Below are positions 19,115 to 29,067 of a DNA stretch of 64,000 bases, piece by piece. The translations under genes were made by a program, and so were the position numbers. Source of the DNA: a virus. The DNA lies in IMG/VR virus record IMGVR_UViG_3300018080_000121, positions 57,293 to 121,292 of that record; one strand, 5' to 3'. Position 1 is the stretch's first letter; each line of letters starts with the position of its first letter. A model generated the notes under the pieces. It saw only the letters and a program-made list of their open reading frames with translations. It did no database searches and was not told where the DNA came from.

Positions 19115-19140
19115 GTGGGGGTGGGGAAACTCACCCCCAC
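19115..19140 (+). terminator. GC-rich stem-loop directly after the Ubl gene (terminator or transcript stabiliser)
   Basis: GTGGGGGTGGG-GAAA-CTCACCCCCAC: 11-bp stem with one G-U and a GNRA loop; no U-tract. Confidence 0.5.
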
Positions 19141-19157
19141 ATCCCGGAGGTGAAAAC

Positions 19158-19697
19158 ATGGAAGAAGAAGTTCGAGTGGTCGAGGAAACTGATGAGCACT
19201 ATTTAATTGAGAAGTTAGATGGATCAATGGTGAAGGCTTATAAGATTGACCAGCGAGATATTGTTGCGGCTCATATAGCTGGAGTTAATAAAATCGCAAA
19301 AGCTTTAGAACCAAGAGATGTAATGCATCTCGTTCATCTTATTGAAAATATTCTGAATTTTGAACCGACGATTTCAGAGTATTTGGATATGGCTACGAAT
19401 CTTGGTAATGTTATTGGTGACCTCTACGATAGAGTTGGAAATCCAAATCTTTTACATCATCCACATAAAAACATACACCCGGAATGTTATGGAACTGCAC
19501 AGACTCTTAGAGATGAATGTGTCAAGCTGCTAAAGTTATTGTGGGAGGTGTTAGAAGAGCAAGAGAGAGGAAATCGTATTGGCGACGTGAGATATAGTGT
19601 AGCTGAAATGACCAGGATAGTACTTTATGTTGCTAACCATCAAATTAAGTTCTCAAGACAAAGAGAGTGTACATATACGACAACAAAAATCTCTTGA
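19158..19697 (+). CDS. hypothetical protein inside the Ubl cassette
   Basis: GGAGG RBS; 179 aa, helical. Confidence 0.65.
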   Translation: MEEEVRVVEETDEHYLIEKLDGSMVKAYKIDQRDIVAAHIAGVNKIAKALEPRDVMHLVHLIENILNFEPTISEYLDMATNLGNVIGDLYDRVGNPNLLHHPHKNIHPECYGTAQTLRDECVKLLKLLWEVLEEQERGNRIGDVRYSVAEMTRIVLYVANHQIKFSRQRECTYTTTKIS

Positions 19698-19737
19698 TTT
19701 ATGAACCCGTTTATTATAGAAAGGGGTATTATGTGAA

Positions 19738-20628
19738 ATGGCGAATAGTATCGTTGTAATCGGGTTAGGCTCGCTGGGAGGTTTCTTTGCAGAAAATATC
19801 TCAAAGCTTGACGGGGTGAAACGCCTCATTCTTGTTGACCCGGATATTGTCGAGAAGAAAAATCTGAAAAATTCTATTTACAGAAAGAGAGATGTTGGAA
19901 AAGGAAAGGTTGATGCGCTTGCTGATATTCTAGAATTCAGTCTAGATGGGAGCATCGAAATCATAAAAATCTTTAAGGAGTTTAAGGAGGGAGAGACACA
20001 ACTACCAGAAGCAGATTTGGTGTTTGATTGTAGGGATGTTCTATGTAGCAGGGGTGGTTACATAGATGTGAAGATGTACATTTCTTTCCGAACGTTAGTC
20101 GTCGACTGTCAAAAACATGTTAATATTCCAAACACACGACGTGGAAGATATGTAGACCATGTTACCAAGAATGATATTCGAAATGCAGCATTTAACGCAT
20201 TTCTTCTAGTGTATAGTAAGAAGATTTATGATTTGATGCGACAACAGACAGTACATACAATCCAGTTGGACGATTATCGAGAAGGTGTAAACCAAAGTCT
20301 TGAGTTGGTACAGAGTAAAAATGACTTGGTATATGAAAGTCAGAATGGAGAAGAGAAATTAGTAAATCTCCATGAGAATCTAGTACCAATTCTTGAAGCC
20401 AATAAAAAACAGGATCTGAATGTGATTATTGGTGAAAAGCAAAATGTTTCACAAAAGTTAATGAAAATTCCATGTTCTGAGATGAGGGACCAATTCGACG
20501 TGATTAGGGTTTTCTCTGAGTTAGCAAGGAACATTCCATTGTCGTATGATAGGTATCTAATTCGAGTATTATATCTAAAGAAGGAAGGTATATATATCGA
20601 ATTGCTACCCAGCACAGGAGCTGCATAA
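19738..20628 (+). CDS. second ThiF/E1-like protein with C-terminal extension
   Basis: IVVIGLGSLGG, LVDPDIVEKKNLKNSIY, DVGKGKVDAL, VFDCRD. Confidence 0.8.
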   Translation: MANSIVVIGLGSLGGFFAENISKLDGVKRLILVDPDIVEKKNLKNSIYRKRDVGKGKVDALADILEFSLDGSIEIIKIFKEFKEGETQLPEADLVFDCRDVLCSRGGYIDVKMYISFRTLVVDCQKHVNIPNTRRGRYVDHVTKNDIRNAAFNAFLLVYSKKIYDLMRQQTVHTIQLDDYREGVNQSLELVQSKNDLVYESQNGEEKLVNLHENLVPILEANKKQDLNVIIGEKQNVSQKLMKIPCSEMRDQFDVIRVFSELARNIPLSYDRYLIRVLYLKKEGIYIELLPSTGAA

Positions 20629-20629
20629 A

Positions 20630-21043
20630 ATGGGAGAACAATTCACAGTTGAGGTGAATAGTCCGATAGTCCCTGTTTCACTTATCTGGAATCAACAACT
20701 TTATGAGATTGTCGGCGTTCACCCAAGTTATGTGATGAATAAATATACAGTACACGTCGACGACTCTAGAAACATTACGGAATTGTACATCTGGAACTCG
20801 TTCCACCCAAACGCAGGCAATGCAACCAATGAACAAGTTCCTATTTCACAACCGCCGAGAATGAGTAAGTTCTGTTTACCACCAGAGTTAATAGGAACTC
20901 ATTTTGAGCTTCCTGATACTACTTACTTTTTAGAGCAATTTGTTCTAAATCGGTGGTACCTTGATAATCCACATCACTATCCAAATCCTATCCATTACAA
21001 AACTGAACCAGACATAGGAGGGCAACATGTTGGGAGAATTTGA
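20630..21043 (+). CDS. putative E2/UBC-fold protein
   Basis: FHPNA...SKFCLP resembles the UBC HPN...C signature; directly follows the E1-like gene. Confidence 0.45.
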   Translation: MGEQFTVEVNSPIVPVSLIWNQQLYEIVGVHPSYVMNKYTVHVDDSRNITELYIWNSFHPNAGNATNEQVPISQPPRMSKFCLPPELIGTHFELPDTTYFLEQFVLNRWYLDNPHHYPNPIHYKTEPDIGGQHVGRI

Positions 21044-21320
21044 AAAAGCTCTTGAGCAAAGAGTTGAGAGCTTGGTGGACAAGCGAATTGAAGAACTAGA
21101 CCTTGCGACAAAATCAAATGTCGAAGAAGAAATTGTTGCTCGGATTGAGGAAGCGGAAGATGAATCTCTTAAAAAGATCAGGAGAACTGTAAGAGAAACA
21201 ATTACTCAAGTAATTGCTTCGGAGATCAAGAGACACTTGATTTTCTTAGCAGAGAAATTGGACTCAATGCCTTTGGGTCCAAGAATTTCAAAAATCTTCA
21301 AAGAGTTGAAGGAGGAGTAA
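21027..21320 (+). CDS. coiled-coil hypothetical protein upstream of RNAP
   Basis: 97 aa, heptad-rich; GGAGG RBS. Confidence 0.55.
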   Translation: MLGEFEKALEQRVESLVDKRIEELDLATKSNVEEEIVARIEEAEDESLKKIRRTVRETITQVIASEIKRHLIFLAEKLDSMPLGPRISKIFKELKEE

Positions 21321-21321
21321 T

Positions 21322-24033
21322 ATGCCATCTTTGTTAAACTATAACCAGTTCTGTGAAGAACTAAAAGAAGTTACAACAACAAAGATTATTGACAAGAAGA
21401 AGTTCCATGCTGAAGGTCTGTTCTCTGAACAGATCTTTGGTCCTGTTAAGAACTATACTTGTCAATGTGGGACATATTATGGAATCTCTGGAGCAGGTGG
21501 TACGTGTAAAGATTGTGGGGTCGACGTTGTAAATAGTAATGAACGACGTCGAAGATTTGCTAAAATTGTATTACCAATACCAGTGGTCAATCCAGTCTTT
21601 TATGATCTGTTGATTGACCTTGGTGGTAATATGATTAAAGATGCGATCACCCAATTGCTTAGAGATGAAAAAAGTGTCCTATATTGGCATGAGGATGAAG
21701 AAGAATTTAGGATCACAGATGAGGAAAATATAGAAGCTGGTACCGAGATTTTTAGAGGTACCGCTGCTGTCAAAGAAATGATCCAAGTTCTTGCAGATAA
21801 ACTTGCGGAAGAAGACGCTGAGGGATGGGATATAGTTCTCGATAATATCGATCAATTGGTTATAGAATATGTCATTGTATTACCTCCGGACCTAAGACCT
21901 GCATCTAGAGGTGTTACACAAAATGACCAAGTGGTTGATAAAATCAATAGATTCTATACTCAGATCCTAACAAAGAAAGAAGCTATGAGGGATACAATTT
22001 TGGATGTCAGACGAGATCCAACTTTGTATTACAGCTATGCAAAACAACTCCAGAAGGATGTCAATGAGTTATACACGCATATTCTTGATAAGTTGTCAAA
22101 AAAGGAAGGGTTGATTCGCGGAAATATTCTTGGGAAGAGAATAGATTTCTCGGGTCGAGCTGTCATTGTGCCATCACCGACACTCAATTTTGATGAGTGC
22201 TCACTTCCGTATGCTATGTTTCTAGAATTATTCAAACTGAGAATTGCTAAAAAGTTAATTCAGTTGGAAAAATTCAAACTTCTGAATGACGCCATTGACT
22301 TTGTAGATGAATGTATAGAGCTGAAAATTCCGGTTCTATTTAAGATCTGTGAAGAGATGGCGGAAGGTGAAGTATGTTTGTTAAATAGACAACCCTCGCT
22401 CCACAAATTAAGCATGTTGGGATACTACATTAAAGTATCTTTGGATAATGTAATTAAGATACACCCATTGTCATGTCCACCATTCAATGCTGACTTTGAT
22501 GGTGACCAGATGGCGGTATACATCCCAATCACACCGGAGTCAAAACAAGAAGTAATTGATAAACTCCTGGTTACTAGAAATTTAAGTAACCCATCAAATG
22601 GAAGTTTGTCAACTGTTCCAAGCCAAGATATGGTTCTTGGAGTTTACTCATTAACAACTGGATACTTCAAAGAATTTAGTGCCTTGATAGATTGTAAAGG
22701 AGAGCAAATAACTGAAGGTATGAAACTTTTCAACGATTGCTTACCTGAAGATTATCCTCTTGTAAATGAGTCTGTTGGTGGAAAACGTTTGGTAGAAATA
22801 CTGAACGATATAAACACAAGATACGAACCTGAAGAAGTAATACGAGTCCTTGATAACATTAAATTTCTTGGGTTTAAGTACTCAACATTATTTGGTGCAA
22901 CTCTTTCTCTGAACCATTGTTATATGGAAGAGGCGGTGAACATCAGGGAAGGGTTATATGAGAGTGACTCGATTGTTGAACAGGTGAGTAAAGTATCAGG
23001 CGATGAAACAACTCAATTACTGAAAGACAACTTCCATTATTCTTATATGATTGAGTCTGGAGCAAGAGGTAGTTGGGATCAGGTTCGACAAATAGTCTTA
23101 ACCAGAGGGTTTATCTCAAACTTTAATGGCGAGATTATTACAGAACCTATCAAGAATAGTTTCATCAGAGGATTAACCCAAAAAGAGTTCTTCAACTCTA
23201 CGTATGGTAGTAGAAAAGGTCTCCTTGACGTTGCGTTGAACACTGGAACTTCAGGTTACCTTTCTAGAAAATTAATCTTCGCTTGCGCAAATCTCCAGAT
23301 AGATCAAAGTTTGGATGATTGCGGAACCCAAGACTTTCTTGATGTGTATGTTGATACACCAAAGAAAGCAAAAATGTTGGTTGGTAAATGGATGAAGACT
23401 GATGGTGGACTCATGTTAATTACCGAAGACAATTGTATGACTTTGGTCAGCGAGTTGATCCAAGTTAGGAGTCCAATCTTATGTCAATCGGAAAGATTAT
23501 GTTGTAAATGTTACGGTGAGTTGTATAAGACTCTTGATACAAGATTTGTAGGAGTTATAGCAGCGCAATCCCTTGGAGAATGTAATACTCAGTTAGTATT
23601 GAGAACATTCCATACGAGTGGTGTAGCACAGCTAAATAAGGACAACGATGCAGAAGATATGAAGCAACAAGATATTGTTAGTGATCTATCAACTGTATCC
23701 AGACTCCTACACCAGTTCAATAAGAGTACAAAATATGATGAGTTGACTCATAATCTTTTCACAAATTACAACCATCGACGTACAATACATCATACACATT
23801 TTGAGTGTGTTGTGTCACAGCTTATGTGGAGTGGAGTTCAAAAGTGGAGATTGGTAAAAGATCGAGACAAAGCAAAGCTTGAATTCCACAGTGTCCAGAC
23901 AGTTCCATCTTATGAATCGTGGTTGATGGGACTGGCGTTTTCAAATCCAAAGAAACACATCATTAAAGGTATCTTACATTCTGGTTTGTATAAGGGTGTA
24001 ATGGACAAGATCTTATGTGGTGAAAGCGTATAA
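21322..24033 (+). CDS. rpoC: phage multisubunit RNA polymerase beta'-like subunit
   Basis: EGLFSEQIFGP, Zn-finger CQCG..CKDC, GKRIDFSGRAVIVP, LNRQPSLH, catalytic NADFDGDQM, PSQDMVLG, SGARGS, NTGTSGYLSRKL, trigger loop TQLVLRTFHTSG. Confidence 0.96.
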   Translation: MPSLLNYNQFCEELKEVTTTKIIDKKKFHAEGLFSEQIFGPVKNYTCQCGTYYGISGAGGTCKDCGVDVVNSNERRRRFAKIVLPIPVVNPVFYDLLIDLGGNMIKDAITQLLRDEKSVLYWHEDEEEFRITDEENIEAGTEIFRGTAAVKEMIQVLADKLAEEDAEGWDIVLDNIDQLVIEYVIVLPPDLRPASRGVTQNDQVVDKINRFYTQILTKKEAMRDTILDVRRDPTLYYSYAKQLQKDVNELYTHILDKLSKKEGLIRGNILGKRIDFSGRAVIVPSPTLNFDECSLPYAMFLELFKLRIAKKLIQLEKFKLLNDAIDFVDECIELKIPVLFKICEEMAEGEVCLLNRQPSLHKLSMLGYYIKVSLDNVIKIHPLSCPPFNADFDGDQMAVYIPITPESKQEVIDKLLVTRNLSNPSNGSLSTVPSQDMVLGVYSLTTGYFKEFSALIDCKGEQITEGMKLFNDCLPEDYPLVNESVGGKRLVEILNDINTRYEPEEVIRVLDNIKFLGFKYSTLFGATLSLNHCYMEEAVNIREGLYESDSIVEQVSKVSGDETTQLLKDNFHYSYMIESGARGSWDQVRQIVLTRGFISNFNGEIITEPIKNSFIRGLTQKEFFNSTYGSRKGLLDVALNTGTSGYLSRKLIFACANLQIDQSLDDCGTQDFLDVYVDTPKKAKMLVGKWMKTDGGLMLITEDNCMTLVSELIQVRSPILCQSERLCCKCYGELYKTLDTRFVGVIAAQSLGECNTQLVLRTFHTSGVAQLNKDNDAEDMKQQDIVSDLSTVSRLLHQFNKSTKYDELTHNLFTNYNHRRTIHHTHFECVVSQLMWSGVQKWRLVKDRDKAKLEFHSVQTVPSYESWLMGLAFSNPKKHIIKGILHSGLYKGVMDKILCGESV

Positions 24034-24049
24034 CGAAGGAGGTTGGATC

Positions 24050-27000
24050 TTGAACATCATTAATCCGCACTACAAATTGCGTGAACAGAACATTTTCTCC
24101 ATAAGAGACCAAGAATATGCAGCGCTCCTAGAGACAGTAAGACAAATTCTAATCCCGGCTGAAGAGCTGGGATTTGAACTTACTGACTGTAGGATAAAAG
24201 ATTCGAGGTTCTCAACTGGAGAGATTTCTAGAACTTTAAAACAGAACCTAGTCATTCGATTACAAAAGGGAGCGTCAAAGATTGACCTCTCAATGCAAAT
24301 TCCAAAGCTCGTTGATGGGAATTATATCATCATAAACGGGAGGAAGAAAATTCCCCAATTTCAATTGTTTGATATTCCAGTTGTTACAAGGGGAAAGAGT
24401 ATCAAAATCAGGACTAATGTAGCGACAATTATGATCATTGAGCAGAAGGAAGCTCCCTTTACATACATCAGTATTCTTGGGAGAAAAGTCCCGTTGTTTC
24501 TGGTTATCTTTGGTTACTATGGAATTGAGCCTGTTGCGCAGAGGTTTAATCTTCCAACACTTCAAGTAAGCGATACCAACCTGGACACAATGTATGACCG
24601 ACTGCTTTATGACATGAAAATGTTCTATGATAGTTCTCGGGGTACTACACAAGATGATATCATCAAAGAAATTGGTAGATATTACTCAAAGTACAATGCT
24701 AGAGTTAAGGGTGAAGATTTGATGTATGCTCTTGACTTAATCCTTGATACAGATGTAATGTCTGCTTGCTTCTTTAGGACCGGGTCCATTCTAGAAGAGA
24801 TTCTAGATGTAATGCAAAACGGTCCATTGGATGATACGTTAATTACAAACAAGAGGATTCGATGTTTTGAGTATGTCATCCTCGCAAAGGTCTCTAAAGC
24901 TGTATTTGATCTCTGTATGTCAAATCGTACAGCTAGACAACCGAAATTCAATGTAAACTCAACTGCGATTTTATCTGAGTGTAATGTATCGGATATAGTC
25001 CAGTTTGACTTTTCTATTAATCCAATCGACGAGCTGACCAAACTAAGTAGAACTAGTCTTGTAGGTCCTGGTGGTTTTAACAGACAAAATGTACCAGAGC
25101 ATCTAAGAGATATTATGCCTACAATGTTTGGACGGTTATGTCCAGTTGACACACCTGACCGAGATAATTGTGGAGTTCTCCAGAACTTAGTTCCAAATGC
25201 AATTTTAGATGACAATTTAAAGTTTTCTGAAGAGTATTTGGAGAAACAACCAATCTCAATAGCGGTGTCAATGGTTCCATTTCTTGAGCACGATGACCAA
25301 ACTCGACTCCAGATGTCAGCTTCACAGATGCGTCAAAGTATTATGTTAAAGAACTTCGACCAACCAATGATCCAGTCTGGTTGTGAAGGGTTGTATACAG
25401 ACAAGACACAATTTGTAAAGGTAGCAAAGAAAAATGGAGAAGTCGTACATCTCGATCACAACTATCTCATCTTGCTTTATGATGACAAGACCGTAGATAT
25501 ATTCGATATCTCATATCGAAAGATTTACATCTCAAACCTTGATGTATACAAAGTTTATGTACAACAAGGGGATAAAGTCAAAGCAGGAGATATTCTGGCT
25601 GAGAGTTATTTTACAGATAATGGAAAGATTAACATTGGTAAAAACCTGTTAACTGCTGTTGCGGAATACTATGGGTATAACTATGAGGATGGAATTGTCC
25701 TATCTGATAGAGTTGTAAAAGAGGGAATGTTCACATCTGTACATTTCATAGATTTATCCTTTACCCTTCCGCCAAATAAAGTTCTCCTAAGTCTTTCACA
25801 AGATGAGTATAAACCCCTTCCAGGTGTAAGGGAAAGGGTTTCTAAAGGAGAACCATATATGATTACCAAGGAAATGCCTTCTATACAGATGGATTACAAA
25901 AGCATTTTTAAGAAGGAACGTCCGGTATTAGCTAAATCGGATATGATTATCACCGAGGTAAACATGTTTGCAAACTCATGGAATAAAGAAATACCACAGT
26001 TTGATAAATGGATGGAAAAGAAGTTAACGCAACAGCAAAAGCAAGAAGAGAAAATTGCTAACATCGTTGGGGAATATCTTTCCAAAGAAGATACAACTAG
26101 ATTCGTAAGGGATCATGATCTTGCGAAATATGGAAATATTGGAAAGTATAAATTCAAAGGTGAATACATTAACGGTGTCCGAGTAGAGATGTTTGGAATC
26201 TTCTTCCGACCAATCCAAATCGGTGACAAAATTGGAAATCGTCATGGGAATAAGGGAGTTGTATCTACTATTGTACCACAAGAGAAAATGCCACAACTAC
26301 CTGATGGGCGACACGTAGATATTTGTATTAATCCGCTTGGTATTATAAGCCGGATGAATATTGGGCAAGTTTATGAACTCCATTTAGGCATGGCTCTATA
26401 TGACTTGAGGGAAACTCTGAAAGCAATTCTTGATGGACGGGAAAAGAATTCAGCAGAATTAGATGACGCAAAACGTCAAGAACTTGCAAAAAGATTTCTC
26501 CTTGGATTTATTGAGTTGGTTGATAAAACTGACGAACATTGGTATTATGACCAATATGTAGAACATCTTCCAGAAACTATCGACGAGAAGTTTATTGATA
26601 ACATTGTTCTCCTACAACCTCCATTTGAGTCGATGAATATGTCTGAGATGAAGGAAGCATTGGAGTACACAGGCACAAAGTTTGAGTACCCACTATTTGA
26701 ACCGATGGCTGGACAGAACATTCAGAATGAGATTGCTGTGGGTTATTTGTACTTCTTTAAGATGGTACACATTGCTGAGACTCGTCTTGCTGCAAGAGGA
26801 ATTGGATCCTACACAAGGAAGACACTTCAACCTTTAGCAGGAAGAAAGAATCGAGGCGGTCAGAGAATGGGTGAAATGGAAACAGGGTGTCTCATTGGAC
26901 ATGACGCTCCAGTTAACTTAGCAGAATGTCTGACAACCAAGTCAGATTGTACTGATAAGAAGAACCAATATATCCGAGATGAAATTGACACGGGTATGAA

Positions 27001-27082
27001 ACTGGAAGAGGAAGGTGACAATGTAGCAGAATCTGTCAAACTTCTGAAAGCGTATCTTACGACAATAGGAGTAAGGATGTGA
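24050..27082 (+). CDS. rpoB: phage multisubunit RNA polymerase beta-like subunit
   Basis: [80 protein letters not shown]; TTG start at 24050 behind GGAGG. Confidence 0.96.
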   Translation: MNIINPHYKLREQNIFSIRDQEYAALLETVRQILIPAEELGFELTDCRIKDSRFSTGEISRTLKQNLVIRLQKGASKIDLSMQIPKLVDGNYIIINGRKKIPQFQLFDIPVVTRGKSIKIRTNVATIMIIEQKEAPFTYISILGRKVPLFLVIFGYYGIEPVAQRFNLPTLQVSDTNLDTMYDRLLYDMKMFYDSSRGTTQDDIIKEIGRYYSKYNARVKGEDLMYALDLILDTDVMSACFFRTGSILEEILDVMQNGPLDDTLITNKRIRCFEYVILAKVSKAVFDLCMSNRTARQPKFNVNSTAILSECNVSDIVQFDFSINPIDELTKLSRTSLVGPGGFNRQNVPEHLRDIMPTMFGRLCPVDTPDRDNCGVLQNLVPNAILDDNLKFSEEYLEKQPISIAVSMVPFLEHDDQTRLQMSASQMRQSIMLKNFDQPMIQSGCEGLYTDKTQFVKVAKKNGEVVHLDHNYLILLYDDKTVDIFDISYRKIYISNLDVYKVYVQQGDKVKAGDILAESYFTDNGKINIGKNLLTAVAEYYGYNYEDGIVLSDRVVKEGMFTSVHFIDLSFTLPPNKVLLSLSQDEYKPLPGVRERVSKGEPYMITKEMPSIQMDYKSIFKKERPVLAKSDMIITEVNMFANSWNKEIPQFDKWMEKKLTQQQKQEEKIANIVGEYLSKEDTTRFVRDHDLAKYGNIGKYKFKGEYINGVRVEMFGIFFRPIQIGDKIGNRHGNKGVVSTIVPQEKMPQLPDGRHVDICINPLGIISRMNIGQVYELHLGMALYDLRETLKAILDGREKNSAELDDAKRQELAKRFLLGFIELVDKTDEHWYYDQYVEHLPETIDEKFIDNIVLLQPPFESMNMSEMKEALEYTGTKFEYPLFEPMAGQNIQNEIAVGYLYFFKMVHIAETRLAARGIGSYTRKTLQPLAGRKNRGGQRMGEMETGCLIGHDAPVNLAECLTTKSDCTDKKNQYIRDEIDTGMKLEEEGDNVAESVKLLKAYLTTIGVRM

Positions 27083-27540
27083 ACAATTTGAGAAATTGTC
27101 CGGACTGTGGAGTAAAACCTGGCCAGATTCATAAAGACAATTGTGACGTCGAAAGATGCTCTGTCTGTGGGGGTCAAACTCTTACTTGTGGTGGATGTGG
27201 TGGCCATGATATGGAGTTTGCAAAATGGACAGGGATCTGGCCAGGCGCAGCTGAAAGTGAATTTTTAGGAATTAATCTAAACGAATTTTACGAAAGAGGA
27301 TATCATAAAATCTTCTTTGTGAAAGCTGAAGTTCAATATTATGAGGGGAAGGGTTTTCGAGAACAGCATTTCGATTACCCTCTAAATATTGAACAACGAC
27401 TGAAGGGAGGTTGTGAAACTAATGAGAAGAGCCATCTATGCAGGGAGCTTCGATCCAGCAACGATGGGTCACATATGGATGATCAAGGAGGGTGCTCGGT
27501 TGTTCGACGAACTGATAGTAGTGATCGGGGACAATCCTGA
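27079..27540 (+). CDS. Cys-rich zinc-binding protein
   Basis: CPDCG...[18 protein letters not shown]...WTGIWPG. Confidence 0.6.
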   Translation: MNNLRNCPDCGVKPGQIHKDNCDVERCSVCGGQTLTCGGCGGHDMEFAKWTGIWPGAAESEFLGINLNEFYERGYHKIFFVKAEVQYYEGKGFREQHFDYPLNIEQRLKGGCETNEKSHLCRELRSSNDGSHMDDQGGCSVVRRTDSSDRGQS

Positions 27541-27910
27541 GAAAACGTATATGTTCTCAGAAGAAGAGAGGCTCCATATCTTACAAGTGTGCACTGAAAG
27601 TATACCAAACGTATCTATTAAGTTCTTAAGGAAGAAGTATCTAGCAGATTTTGCGAAGTACGAAGCAGCATATTATCTATTGCGGGGTATAAGATCCTCA
27701 AGTGATTATGCTTATGAGAAAATCATGAGATATATCAATGAGGATCTGCACCCAGCATTAGTGACTGTATTTCTCATCCCTCCAAAAGAATATGTTGAAG
27801 TAAGCTCCAGTCTGATTAAGGGATTGGTTGGTCCTGAGGGATGGGAGAGTGTTACAGCTAGGTATCTTCCTGCAGTTGCACATACGATGTTAAAGGAGAA
27901 GGTGAAATGA
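27422..27910 (+). CDS. coaD: phosphopantetheine adenylyltransferase (CoaD)
   Basis: [47 protein letters not shown]. Confidence 0.9.
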   Translation: MRRAIYAGSFDPATMGHIWMIKEGARLFDELIVVIGDNPEKTYMFSEEERLHILQVCTESIPNVSIKFLRKKYLADFAKYEAAYYLLRGIRSSSDYAYEKIMRYINEDLHPALVTVFLIPPKEYVEVSSSLIKGLVGPEGWESVTARYLPAVAHTMLKEKVK

Positions 27911-28287
27911 TTGAAATGTTTCAGCATACAACAGAACAGCTTGAACGTGATTATGACTCTGTTAAGACAGCAATAGTTCTTGCGTTGGTTAACGAGGGTT
28001 ATATGACACAAGATGAGGCCGACGAATGGTGCACAACACATACAATCATTCTTCGAAAGAAAAGCATCTTTCGTACCTTTACAAATAGGTTTAAGAAAAA
28101 GAAGGGTGTAGAAAAAGGACAATATATGCTAGTTGTAAAACTAGTAGAACCAAAGGAGGAAAAGGATGCAGAAAGACATAACGGAGGGAACGATGAAGCT
28201 TCCGGACATACAAACCTCAAAACCAAAGATTCAAAGACCTCTTCGTCAAGTGGGAGTGGAGAGTGTTGTGGTACCATTTTCCCTTGA
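27907..28287 (+). CDS. hypothetical protein
   Basis: 126 aa; GTGAAATGA coupling to coaD. Confidence 0.55.
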   Translation: MIEMFQHTTEQLERDYDSVKTAIVLALVNEGYMTQDEADEWCTTHTIILRKKSIFRTFTNRFKKKKGVEKGQYMLVVKLVEPKEEKDAERHNGGNDEASGHTNLKTKDSKTSSSSGSGECCGTIFP

Positions 28288-29059
28288 ACTGAAATCTGGG
28301 GGATTTAGATCGATGGCGGCGAATGTTTCTATGAGAACAAACCTTGACTCTGACGTCAAAGGAATCTCAATGTCGAGGTTGATTCGGACTCTTCGTAAAT
28401 ATTTAGATCTGCCCTTGAAGAAAAAATTGATAAGACAGATCTTATCAGACTTAAATAGGAATGTGGGTACAACGAAAAGTTATATGAGATTTGATTTTGA
28501 ACTTCCACTTCCTAGAAAGTCGGCGAAGTCAGATTACCAATTCCCAATCTTTCATAAGTGTATGTTTGAAGGTCATTTAGTTCCGGACGTGGATAGCTTT
28601 GATGGAGATAAGTTCCGATTCTTTCAAGGTGTAACAGTCCAATATGCGAGTTACTGTCCATGTTCTGCTGAGTTATGTGCAGATTTAAACTCAAGGGGAA
28701 GAGTAGGTTTTCCACATGCTCAGAGGTCCTTCGCTCATATCGTTACTGAGAAAGAGATGAATGGTGATCACTACGTTTGGTTGGAGGATATAATTGATTG
28801 CGTAACTAAAGCGATCCCGACGATTCCATACCCAATAATCAAACGTGAAGATGAACAAGAAATAGCAAGGATCGCAGGTGCAAATCCGATCTTCGTGGAA
28901 GATGCTATCCGAGCAATAAGTGAGCAATTAGACGCTCTGCCGGGTGTTCGCGACTGGATAGTTAAGTGTATTCATGAGGAAAGTATTCACACCAGCGAAG
29001 CAATTGCGGTTAATTGGAAAGGTATAGACGGTGGGTTTAATTACCGATCCTTTCTTTAG
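28166..29059 (+). CDS. folE2: GTP cyclohydrolase IB (FolE2)
   Basis: PDIQ...QVGV, KGISMSRL, SYCPCS, HAQRS, KREDE, NPIFVEDAIR, HEESIH. Confidence 0.92.
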   Translation: MQKDITEGTMKLPDIQTSKPKIQRPLRQVGVESVVVPFSLELKSGGFRSMAANVSMRTNLDSDVKGISMSRLIRTLRKYLDLPLKKKLIRQILSDLNRNVGTTKSYMRFDFELPLPRKSAKSDYQFPIFHKCMFEGHLVPDVDSFDGDKFRFFQGVTVQYASYCPCSAELCADLNSRGRVGFPHAQRSFAHIVTEKEMNGDHYVWLEDIIDCVTKAIPTIPYPIIKREDEQEIARIAGANPIFVEDAIRAISEQLDALPGVRDWIVKCIHEESIHTSEAIAVNWKGIDGGFNYRSFL

Positions 29060-29067
29060 GAGATGAA

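Noticed and set aside
18571-19227. long antisense or alternative-frame ORFs over the Ubl gene (also 44013-44693, 45054-45821, 51006-51611)
   Set aside because: They are shadows of codon-biased sense genes, with no RBS or motifs.
21322-27082. introns or inteins in RNAP, terminase or helicase
   Set aside because: Motif spacing is compact, with no intein C/HN signatures or frame breaks.
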